A stretch of DNA of 64,000 nt from a virus (taxonomy: Duplodnaviria > Caudoviricetes), in IMG/VR virus record IMGVR_UViG_3300036546_000109, positions 1 to 64,000 of that record, one strand, 5' to 3'. A model generated the notes under the pieces. That model worked only from the letters and a program-made list of their open reading frames with translations. It did not search any database and was not told where the DNA came from. Below, piece after piece: positions 28,956 through 37,100 of this stretch. The position numbers and the translations under genes are program-made. Positions within the stretch are counted from its first letter, which is position 1; the number at the start of each line of letters is the position of its first letter.

Positions 28956-30566
28956 TTAATCGCCACATAAAGCTGATAAGATTTTCTCAATGACAGGAAC
29001 TGTCCAACCATTTCCCAATACCCTATATCGCTGATTATCTGATATTCCCGCAGTGTACCCATCATACAGGCTCAGAGATAAACAGGCTTTCCCCGTTTGC
29101 ATTGGAATGTATCCAGTAATGACACTCTCTGCAAACCAGTAGCAAATTCTCAAAATCTGATCTGTACTCTTCATAGATAAACGGGACAATGTGGTGAATG
29201 TGGAACTGCTGTCCATCATCATGTTCAAAATGGATTCCGCATCGTTGACATGTAGCATTGTCTCGTTTCCAAACAAATTTAATTGCATCTTTCCAAGTGT
29301 CTGTTGAGTAAAAAGACTGTCTTTCTGAGGTAACTCCCCCCTTCCAATTTGCGCTATTTTCCCCTCTATTATACAAATAGAAACACCCTGAACTACAGAA
29401 ACCTCCCCTGTTCTTTGAAAGAGGCACGGTTGTTTCTGTTCCGCACTGTCTGCACTCAAAAACTGTTCTATTTGTTGGTTGCGAGGCTTTGTTTGTAGCG
29501 GTATCCCCATACCTACACTTTCTGGAGCAGTATATTTTGTTAGCAGAAACTTTTGATGAGTATTGTACCCCACAGCCTTTACAAACTCTTGTAGTTCTGT
29601 TTCTTCTACATTCAAAACAAGTTTTAGCAACTTGGGATTTTTCTTTACCACACTTACAAAGTTCTTTGCTTGGTCTAAACATGTAAAAATTTCTACCTCT
29701 TTCTTAATAAATCCAAAACCCTGCGCCCTTTCGCACTCGATCGGTGTAAACTTTCTACGTTCTCCGTTTTCCTTTTCAACTAGGAAATTATGCTGCCAAC
29801 TGCTTGTAGTAATACAAGGCATTTTGTCCACTAATCGAGTACCGCCTTTGTTATAACCTCTCGGCCAAGTCCACACCCCTTTATAATCTTTATCTTCCAA
29901 AATGTCTACAATCTTTGGCGAATGTTCCAAATCTTTTATATCTTTTTCGCCGTAAGTTGTTGTTTGCAGGAACGAGGACCAGTAGTAACGCTCTCGATTT
30001 TGAGCCGTAAAAGCCCTTGAATTAATTTTTACCGGCCAAGTCTTAAGATGGTGTGTTATTACGTCTTCAAATTCCGCACGCATTTTTACATTCTCGAGTA
30101 GAAAATCAACGCTTCCTTGGTAATCCTCAATTTCTTTTTTAATCCTCACGAACTCAAAGAATAGTGCAGATCGAGGGTCATTGAAATTCAATTCACTCCC
30201 AGCAAAGCTAAAGCCCTGGCAAGGTGAACCTGCCAAAATAAGGTCAACCTTCTGGTAGTAATTCTCGTCCCCCAATCGCCATTTACCATTTTCAGACTCA
30301 ATATAATTTCCACTAATTTTAACTGTCCGAACGTCACCAAGCCGAATGATATCAGGATGATTTTTCTCGCTAATCTTAATTGCGTTTGGTTCAATTTCTG
30401 AGGCAAAATACTTTATATTACTAAATCCAAGATTTTTAAGCGCTTGCAAACCACAGCTTATACCGTCAAATAAGCTAATAACTACGATTTCACGGGATAG
30501 CAGGTTTTGTTTGTTTGTTTCAAAACAACTAATATTCTCTAAAAATTCACACTCAAATCGACTCAC
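28956..30566 (-). CDS. dcm: C5 cytosine DNA methyltransferase carrying a 217-codon in-frame insertion between motifs IX and X
   Basis: FDGISCG (I), GSPCQ (IV), ENV (VI), QNRER (VIII), FTPIECERAQGF (IX) ... DGYT..YRVLGNGWTVPV (X). Confidence 0.9.
   Translation of the reverse strand: MSRFECEFLENISCFETNKQNLLSREIVVISLFDGISCGLQALKNLGFSNIKYFASEIEPNAIKISEKNHPDIIRLGDVRTVKISGNYIESENGKWRLGDENYYQKVDLILAGSPCQGFSFAGSELNFNDPRSALFFEFVRIKKEIEDYQGSVDFLLENVKMRAEFEDVITHHLKTWPVKINSRAFTAQNRERYYWSSFLQTTTYGEKDIKDLEHSPKIVDILEDKDYKGVWTWPRGYNKGGTRLVDKMPCITTSSWQHNFLVEKENGERRKFTPIECERAQGFGFIKKEVEIFTCLDQAKNFVSVVKKNPKLLKLVLNVEETELQEFVKAVGYNTHQKFLLTKYTAPESVGMGIPLQTKPRNQQIEQFLSADSAEQKQPCLFQRTGEVSVVQGVSICIIEGKIAQIGRGELPQKDSLFTQQTLGKMQLNLFGNETMLHVNDAESILNMMMDSSSTFTTLSRLSMKSTDQILRICYWFAESVITGYIPMQTGKACLSLSLYDGYTAGISDNQRYRVLGNGWTVPVIEKILSALCGD
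29062..29682 (-). mobile_element. Zn-finger HNH homing endonuclease gene nested out of frame inside the C5 MTase
   Basis: Multiple CxxC/YCSxxC repeats, GENSANWKGG, RDNATCQRCG..HIHHI..NLLLVCRECH; GAGGT upstream of the ATG. Confidence 0.88.
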
Positions 30567-30766
30567 AATAATCCTCCCACTGTAAACAATTTATCTTCAA
30601 AATCTTTAAGGGCTTGGAGATATCCCTTGTCCTCATCATCTTGGGATGGACAGCCCTCCCAATGCTTCAAATGCTGCACAAGAGCGCTATAACCAAGCTT
30701 TATTGCATATTCACAATCCTCGACTCCCAATTGATACCCTTCGTTGTATTCTGTAGAGGTTTTCAT
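30563..30766 (-). CDS. hypothetical protein
   Basis: 67 aa, TAGG RBS. Confidence 0.6.
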   Translation of the reverse strand: MKTSTEYNEGYQLGVEDCEYAIKLGYSALVQHLKHWEGCPSQDDEDKGYLQALKDFEDKLFTVGGLL

Positions 30767-30767
30767 A

Positions 30768-30944
30768 TCACATTCCTAATTCAATTTCAGCTTGTTTTAG
30801 AAGGCTTCCCAATGAAGCTGACCACAGAATAGGCTCTTTCTTATCAGTCGTCAAGCTAAAGACTGTCCAGAGTCTATCAATCTTTTCTATGGAAAACCCC
30901 GATTCAATAAGCATGTTGTATAGCTTAGATGAATATGTGTTCAT
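30768..30944 (-). CDS. small hypothetical protein, 58 aa
   Basis: Manually translated MNTYSSKLY...; fills the gap between neighbours. Confidence 0.45.
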   Translation of the reverse strand: MNTYSSKLYNMLIESGFSIEKIDRLWTVFSLTTDKKEPILWSASLGSLLKQAEIELGM

Positions 30945-30953
30945 TTAGAGTCG

Positions 30954-31295
30954 TTACTCGTTGAATGCTTTCCACATATTCAACACCTTTTGTTCCAACT
31001 TGTCAAGAGAATCCTCAACCTGTTTTCGTGTCAGGGAGTAGATTTTAAGATCGCACCACTCGCCGTCTTTGTTCTCATGGCACAAGCTCACTTCAAATGA
31101 TTCACTCTTATACCCATGAATCAATAAATCTGAATGCAAGATATTCAACAAGGTCTTGTTATTGCATTGACACAGCGGGATGGAGAATTTTAGGATTTCA
31201 TCCTCTTGCAAACGCCTTTGGTAGTGCTTAACCACACCATAGCTTTCGTTGTCCGTCTTCCAGCATTTGTAGCCTTTTTCTTCTAGAATTTTCAT
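30954..31295 (-). CDS. hypothetical protein
   Basis: GAGG RBS; upstream TTGCAA-N17-TAACAT. Confidence 0.65.
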   Translation of the reverse strand: MKILEEKGYKCWKTDNESYGVVKHYQRRLQEDEILKFSIPLCQCNNKTLLNILHSDLLIHGYKSESFEVSLCHENKDGEWCDLKIYSLTRKQVEDSLDKLEQKVLNMWKAFNE

Positions 31296-31367
31296 CTATT
31301 CCTCACGTTCTTGCGGATATTGTTAATTTTCAAGGATGTTACATGCTTTTCCTTACGATTGCAAGGG

Positions 31368-31643
31368 TTATTTTAAGCTCTGAAGAAATTCCTCGCAGTA
31401 AATACGCAGGGCTTTCAGCACGTCTTCACAGCTCCGACCTTGTGCAATCTCAATAAATTCTTCTGGGTTGCCATCTTCATTTTCTAATCCTGTATCAGCA
31501 TATACAACAAAATCACCACCAAGTTCTTCCATGCTAATTGTAACACCGTTAGCAATAAAGAACTCCTCATCTTCTTGATTGATTTTTGTAATATTAAGAA
31601 TTTCTTTGTAACCATTTGGTGCTTTATAGAGTGTAACTTTCAT
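31368..31643 (-). CDS. hypothetical protein
   Basis: ATGA overlap, AAGGAG RBS. Confidence 0.65.
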   Translation of the reverse strand: MKVTLYKAPNGYKEILNITKINQEDEEFFIANGVTISMEELGGDFVVYADTGLENEDGNPEEFIEIAQGRSCEDVLKALRIYCEEFLQSLK

Positions 31644-32101
31644 TGGGATAGCTCCTTAATCTCTTCAGCAAGCCACACCGCCTTGCGTTGTAGGTATTCA
31701 ATTTCACTTTTTACGTCTGCGAGTTCCCGTTCTTTCTTGGCGAGAATGGCTTTCTTACTTTTACATACGCCCTTATCTACAGCAAAAAGCGGGTAACAGT
31801 GGTTCTGGTGGCTCAAATTATATACTTTGTCGTACTCGTCTGTATCTGATTTGTGAATAAATTCAACATCGTCAAGATTGCAAACAAACTCAAGGTCAAT
31901 TTTTTCTTCGTCTAGAATTGTTGCGTGGGATGATAGGTATTGACCAGAAAGACCAGACCAATAGGTGTCTACAAGACCGATACCCTCCCAGTATACACAC
32001 TGATTGTCTAAACACCAGTATGCCGTGCCAGAGCCAGCATGTTTTGCTCGGTATTCAGTATCATTCTTAAAATACCACCGGAACACATCACCATTTTTCA
32101 T
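31640..32101 (-). CDS. hypothetical protein
   Basis: GGAGG RBS, 153 aa. Confidence 0.7.
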   Translation of the reverse strand: MKNGDVFRWYFKNDTEYRAKHAGSGTAYWCLDNQCVYWEGIGLVDTYWSGLSGQYLSSHATILDEEKIDLEFVCNLDDVEFIHKSDTDEYDKVYNLSHQNHCYPLFAVDKGVCKSKKAILAKKERELADVKSEIEYLQRKAVWLAEEIKELSQ

Positions 32102-32102
32102 C

Positions 32103-32444
32103 TTATTCCTCCAAAAACTTCAGATAGTTGGTGTAATGCTTACGAATATTCTCTGCACCAACAGGATTTTGAGAATGGACCAAAACTTCAGGTAAAAGTA
32201 TACCACCATCCATTACAAAATCAAGCATTCTCAGAAAACATGTGTACCCTGTACGTTCTTCTCCCTGGCCTGTAAAGTCTTGGATATCGTGGTCAAAAGA
32301 AACAATATCGTAATTAGACAGTAGCAAAGCATCTTCAAATTCTCTATAAGTCCTTACAATTTCCCAAGACATATCTAGTGGATATTTGATCCACGTAACA
32401 TCTTGAGGGTTACGCTCATCATCTAGAAACAGACCTTTCACCAT
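32103..32444 (-). CDS. cyclic-phosphate-processing receiver (REC)-like domain protein
   Basis: LFLDDER.P, VSFDHD, TGY, VHSQNPVG pattern. Confidence 0.7.
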   Translation of the reverse strand: MVKGLFLDDERNPQDVTWIKYPLDMSWEIVRTYREFEDALLLSNYDIVSFDHDIQDFTGQGEERTGYTCFLRMLDFVMDGGILLPEVLVHSQNPVGAENIRKHYTNYLKFLEE

Positions 32445-32524
32445 TTATCCCGTGCCTCCAAAAGCATCAGTTGTTTGGCATACTTTACAATGCGTTTTGT
32501 GTCGTTGTCAACACCTATTTCTTA

Positions 32525-32842
32525 CTAATTTTTCAGGATTTTCTCGATAAAGTCGTCAAAACCTTCACACTGCTCTGAAGGTTTCTGGGTATTTGTGGTC
32601 CACTTACGGGTGGATGGGAAATAATACAGGTCGTCAATAAACCACATCCCCGGCTTTCTTAGTTCAGCATGACCAAATCCTTTATCAACTAACTCCTTCG
32701 CAAAAAGGATATCGTTCTTACCTGCCAACTTGTAAGCATTCTTGTGATGTCCGTGTGATTCCGCCAATACCTCCCTGTAAATCCTATCCTCTTCGACTCT
32801 ACCAAGACCAACCCTTACAATATCATTTGCTGTAATAATCAT
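32525..32842 (-). CDS. hypothetical protein
   Basis: GAGGG RBS, 105 aa. Confidence 0.6.
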   Translation of the reverse strand: MIITANDIVRVGLGRVEEDRIYREVLAESHGHHKNAYKLAGKNDILFAKELVDKGFGHAELRKPGMWFIDDLYYFPSTRKWTTNTQKPSEQCEGFDDFIEKILKN

Positions 32843-32850
32843 ATATCCCT

Positions 32851-34119
32851 CTACGCCAAAATGTGATTCTTGTACACTGTCCCGTCTTGTTTGAAGCTTA
32901 CAGTCACAGGAATCATTGTGTCAATACCAAATCTTGCACGGAAACAATCTCCCATCGTCTGAATGAGAAGTTCTTCATATTTTTCTGCCACTACGAAGCT
33001 ATCATGCACAGGGAGGATAGGAATTTCTTTCTCCACAAATACAGAAAGGATATCTGCCGCCAGATTGCTGTCATCATTCTGTAGACGACGCCCGTAGCTA
33101 TCCCCATTACAGAACAATTCCACAAAATCGGGGTAGCTATTGCAGATAGCATCAAACACACCACTCGCACGACCAAGTGTATAAATCAGTTTTTCTTCGT
33201 CTGGCAGTTTATTTATCTCGCTCTGAATAGCTTTGATAGCATCTTTGTCATCATAAGAGTTGAACATAATGTTTACAGCGAGCTTGACAATTTCACGATC
33301 AACGTAGTTCTCTGGATCATCCACAATTCCAGAATAAACATCAGCCGGTAGCTCGTGCATATCCAATCCTTCTTTGGCTGCTGCTATGCGAAAATGAAGG
33401 TTACGAAAATCTACCTCTGTCACTGCCTCACCATTGATTGTCACACCAAACCGCTCTTGATTTTTCTTATGCTTGAGGCGAAGGATGTCAGCTTTGTAAA
33501 ACCTACCCCCATACTCAAAACTTTCGTTGAACACTCGGCAATAAATGTTGGTCAAAACATTACCATTCTGGTCACGAATATCTGATTGTTCATTAATTTT
33601 GTTCAGTTTGCGGATAAGTGTTTCCATTTCTTGCGTCATCTCTGTACTCCTAAACGGGATAGGCTTCTTTTTGGGGTTGCGCAGCTCAACAACCGAACAC
33701 GTATCTAGATAAAATTCTTCATATGTCGGGTGCATGGCTTGCACGTCAAAAAAGGAAAAGAATTTCTCTGTGGGGAGGATGTAGCTCACACGCCTTTTAT
33801 CTGGGTCGGGGTGAGCCTGTCCCTTAACGTTGCTAATGTACCCTTTCTCAACCAGAAAATCAATTGCTTTTATCACCCTTCTAGGGTTAATCTTTTTCTT
33901 TGCACTGCTACTAGCAGATGTGTTACGGGAATAGACAAGCAACTGACCCTTACGAGCACAAGCCAATAGGTTAGCAAAGATGACATTTAGTGTTCGTATA
34001 TCCGAATACCCAATACCTCTTGTCTTAGCTATGATGTCTACCCTGACCTTAAGATCATAAGTCAACAACCTTGTATTAACCACCCTATACTCTAGGTATT
34101 CTTCCTCCTCTGTATCCAT
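32851..34119 (-). CDS. family-A / T7-RNAP-like palm-domain protein (TV-Pol-like), paralogue 2
   Basis: GGRFY, EVDFRNLH (motif A Asp), REIVK, LQNDDS, LPVHDS (motif C). Confidence 0.65.
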   Translation of the reverse strand: MDTEEEEYLEYRVVNTRLLTYDLKVRVDIIAKTRGIGYSDIRTLNVIFANLLACARKGQLLVYSRNTSASSSAKKKINPRRVIKAIDFLVEKGYISNVKGQAHPDPDKRRVSYILPTEKFFSFFDVQAMHPTYEEFYLDTCSVVELRNPKKKPIPFRSTEMTQEMETLIRKLNKINEQSDIRDQNGNVLTNIYCRVFNESFEYGGRFYKADILRLKHKKNQERFGVTINGEAVTEVDFRNLHFRIAAAKEGLDMHELPADVYSGIVDDPENYVDREIVKLAVNIMFNSYDDKDAIKAIQSEINKLPDEEKLIYTLGRASGVFDAICNSYPDFVELFCNGDSYGRRLQNDDSNLAADILSVFVEKEIPILPVHDSFVVAEKYEELLIQTMGDCFRARFGIDTMIPVTVSFKQDGTVYKNHILA

Positions 34120-34234
34120 CCTCCTCTCCTCTCTATCATATAACGCACTAAAAACAGCTCCAACCCAGGTGGCACTAAGGCCGTAGGCCGATTTGATGAA
34201 AAATATTAGCTTTATAGGTTAATTTCTACCACCA

Positions 34235-34263
34235 ATTCTCCACCCTCCTCCCCTAAATGTCAA
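34235..34263 (-). promoter_or_regulatory. sigma70-like promoter for paralogue 2
   Basis: TTGACA-N17-GAGAAT. Confidence 0.55.
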
Positions 34264-34306
34264 CACACCACCCACTACAATTTCTTCTATCATTCTCTGC
34301 ATTCTC

Positions 34307-34351
34307 GATAGAAATTTACAATTGTATTTATCCCTAATCAAAGCCTAAGAT
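34307..34351 (+). promoter_or_regulatory. divergent promoter with an upstream GATAGAAA box
   Basis: GATAGAAA (34307), TTGTAT-N18-TAAGAT. Confidence 0.45.
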
Positions 34352-34384
34352 AGTCGTATCGAATCCAACCAAGAGGGTGTGTAA

Positions 34385-34867
34385 ATGAAAGCTATGTATG
34401 ATAAGGATGGTGTTGCTCCTTTGCAAGAGGTTGAGCTGATCGCTTATGACTGGGATAAGTATGTCACATTCAAGACTAAAGATGGTGAAGTGCTCACTGA
34501 GAAGCTTTGGAAATTCAATGTAAAGCGCAGTAACAAGCTTTACCATCTTCCTCGTGGCTATGATGAAGATGTGCAAAAGCTGAGCCGTAAAGCAGTTTCT
34601 AAGCTCCTAAAAGAAGGACGTAAAGCTAAAACCAAATACTCTGTAAAGCTTGAAAGCGGAGAAATTCGTAGATTCAAAAGCTTGAACAAAGCCCTCAATT
34701 TCTGTAAGAGTTTTCACGGTGCCCTAGACCTTCACGGCAGCCACAATGCTAAACGCTGGTCGTGTTCCACTGGGATTATAACCAAAGAAGACGGTTTCTG
34801 GTACTACTTCACCCGTCAAGTGTTCGTAAGTGAAGCCACACTCAGTCGGTTTTGTAAAGATAATTAA
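34385..34867 (+). CDS. hypothetical protein
   Basis: AAGAGGG RBS, 160 aa. Confidence 0.7.
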   Translation: MKAMYDKDGVAPLQEVELIAYDWDKYVTFKTKDGEVLTEKLWKFNVKRSNKLYHLPRGYDEDVQKLSRKAVSKLLKEGRKAKTKYSVKLESGEIRRFKSLNKALNFCKSFHGALDLHGSHNAKRWSCSTGIITKEDGFWYYFTRQVFVSEATLSRFCKDN

Positions 34868-34951
34868 TAAATACAATTATGCTTTCTGAGATGTTGATGT
34901 AGAATATGCCCAACACAAACAAATGCAAGAGAGCTTGCGAGGAGAGAAGAT

Positions 34952-35425
34952 ATGGGAATGTACACAGGGCTTCGTGGTAGGATTCTTCTGAAGGACAATG
35001 AGCTGACTTCCGTTTTGATCGAAAAAGATTTTCAATGGGAAGAAGTTGCCTCTGTTTATTTTGATGAGACTATCTCAGCTTGGGCAAGCGTAGGACGTTG
35101 CAATTTCATCCCGAATGGAGCTGTCTGCTATATGCCTGCAAACTGGTCAGAGGGTTGGTCTGTTGAGGGCAACGTGCTATCCTTCACATGCTCTCTCAAA
35201 AACTACAACAATGAGATTGAAATCTTTATCACCTACGTGCTGCCTCATATAGCAGAGGCTTGGAACCTTGAGAAGCTATATGAAGAATCTGCATATAGCA
35301 CACTTATTTCCAGTGCTCAAGGGGTAGTTGATAATCTTAATAGTTGTAAGTATTATGATGACTACACAGGAGAGGAGCTTGAGCAGCTTCCGTATACAGA
35401 TGTATTCTCATTGGGGCTAAAATGA
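34952..35425 (+). CDS. hypothetical protein
   Basis: GAGGAG RBS, MGMYTGLR start. Confidence 0.7.
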   Translation: MGMYTGLRGRILLKDNELTSVLIEKDFQWEEVASVYFDETISAWASVGRCNFIPNGAVCYMPANWSEGWSVEGNVLSFTCSLKNYNNEIEIFITYVLPHIAEAWNLEKLYEESAYSTLISSAQGVVDNLNSCKYYDDYTGEELEQLPYTDVFSLGLK

Positions 35426-35564
35426 AACAACGTAACATTGTCAAGAAACACACATTCTCCTTCAACAAGCCTAAAATTGAGCTTGACAAGAAAAAGGAAA
35501 TGCGTAAGAATGGATACACAGAGCAAGAAGCTCTTAAACAAATGAAATCTTTGGAGGAAGAAGA

Positions 35565-36122
35565 ATGACTAAGTTTAAGATTGGGGATGAGGTGGAGTTG
35601 GTGGTAGTATCCTACGAACCATCCGTCCCAAAAGGCTCTATCCTAAATGTTGTAAAAGACGGCTCCCTTGGAGCTTACTGGATCACTAAGGATAGCGTCG
35701 AGGTTTCAGCGCTCAACGACTACTCAGAGGAGTTTAAGCTTGTGAAAGATACCCCAAAAGCTCAAGACAATTCGTGGTATGAAAATGGTGAGCTTCCTCC
35801 TGTCGGAGCTAACATCGAATATAAGCTTGGAGCTGGCCCTTGGTATGCAGCTACGGTGAAATACGTGCTGGACGTTCTCGATGGTGATGAGGGTGAGATT
35901 GTTATCGCTTGTCCACATCTAGGATTTGAACAGCTTTTGACGTTGAATAAGCATACAAAGATTCGTCCAATCCAAACACCTGAGCAGATTGCAGCACAAG
36001 AGCGAAAGAAGGTTATTGATGCTATCTCGGACGTGTTGATTGAAACCGAACGTATGTCTAGTTATACTGATGTGGCTGCACACCTTTATGAGTCAGGTCT
36101 TCGTTTTGTGGAGGAGGAATGA
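35565..36122 (+). CDS. hypothetical protein
   Basis: WYENGELPPVG motif seen in Pseudomonas phage proteins. Confidence 0.7.
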   Translation: MTKFKIGDEVELVVVSYEPSVPKGSILNVVKDGSLGAYWITKDSVEVSALNDYSEEFKLVKDTPKAQDNSWYENGELPPVGANIEYKLGAGPWYAATVKYVLDVLDGDEGEIVIACPHLGFEQLLTLNKHTKIRPIQTPEQIAAQERKKVIDAISDVLIETERMSSYTDVAAHLYESGLRFVEEE

Positions 36123-36123
36123 A

Positions 36124-36333
36124 ATGAAAGAGCTTAACATTTACAGCACAGTTGTGGGCGCTCTTCCTAAAATGGTGTCGAAGAAGGAAGCTAAAACTTT
36201 CATTCCTTACTCGGAGGTGCTAGAATTGAAAGACAAGCTTTGTGAGATTTATTCTAGTCCCAATCATACGCAATATCAGAATAAATGCTATGCTGATTTC
36301 TTGCTTCGTAAGGTGGGGCTTAAAAATGAATGA
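36124..36333 (+). CDS. hypothetical protein
   Basis: GAGGAGG RBS; start adjusted. Confidence 0.6.
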   Translation: MKELNIYSTVVGALPKMVSKKEAKTFIPYSEVLELKDKLCEIYSSPNHTQYQNKCYADFLLRKVGLKNE

Positions 36334-36508
36334 CGATATGTCTCTCTGGCTTCCTGTAGCAGAGCATCTAAAGAATATTTCTTTGTCTGGCCTGTATACA
36401 TTCAAAGATATTATTGAAACGGAGATTGTTATGAGGCAGGAATCGTTTTATAATGAACCTGAGCCTACGGAAAAGAAGCCAGCTATTAAATTGGAGGTGG
36501 TGAAATGA
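36326..36508 (+). CDS. hypothetical protein
   Basis: Start adjusted to MNDDMSL. Confidence 0.55.
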   Translation: MNDDMSLWLPVAEHLKNISLSGLYTFKDIIETEIVMRQESFYNEPEPTEKKPAIKLEVVK

Positions 36509-36903
36509 ACACAAAAGAAAAGATTCTGCAAGATGCTCTTGAGGAACTTAAGCAAAAAGCTGGTGATGTGCTTGAAGACATTATGTCTCGTCTTTACACT
36601 GATTATCTTCCATATGTAGAGACAGACACAGAATGCAATATTTCCTATCGTGTTGCTGGCTGCATTGAGAACATCTTGCAAGGGAAAATTACACAAGTGA
36701 GTGAGCAATCGTTCACTGTAAGTGATACATATGGTGCAGAGCATCTGATTAGTGTACGGGGCTGGCGGATGGATATGAAGCAACTGGCTGTTGCTCTGCT
36801 TCCTAGCATGGGAGAGACAATCCTTGAGGAACGAATCAAAGAGCTTGAGGAGCAGAATCAACGTCTTGTAGAAGAGATAAAGCAAGTATATCGTTCCTAT
36901 TAA
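36505..36903 (+). CDS. hypothetical protein
   Basis: GGAGG RBS, ATGA overlap. Confidence 0.7.
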   Translation: MNTKEKILQDALEELKQKAGDVLEDIMSRLYTDYLPYVETDTECNISYRVAGCIENILQGKITQVSEQSFTVSDTYGAEHLISVRGWRMDMKQLAVALLPSMGETILEERIKELEEQNQRLVEEIKQVYRSY

Positions 36904-36915
36904 GGAGAACAAATA

Positions 36916-37098
36916 ATGCAACAGTCATCCCATAAATCAAAATCCTCTCTTCTTCGTGAGATTGATATGTATTTGAAGAACGGAGGAACACAGATTACTG
37001 CGTGTATTTCAGAGGATGAGAAAGGAGCTACAGGCTATTTGTTTTCTCGTCCATTTGTTGTTAAGATGGTGGAACAAATTGAATATATGGAGGAATAG
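36916..37098 (+). CDS. hypothetical protein
   Basis: TAAGGAG RBS. Confidence 0.6.
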   Translation: MQQSSHKSKSSLLREIDMYLKNGGTQITACISEDEKGATGYLFSRPFVVKMVEQIEYMEE

Positions 37099-37100
37099 AG

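Noticed and set aside
29064-29714. Intein or group I intron explanation of the MTase insert
   Set aside because: No intein terminal residues (starts GFI, ends SLY before D) and only about 30 nt outside the HNH ORF, too little for a ribozyme core; RT-PCR is still needed to exclude splicing.
30826-30854. TTGACG-N17-TATTCT promoter match
   Set aside because: Lies inside a plausible 58-aa ORF; cannot be told from chance without TSS data.
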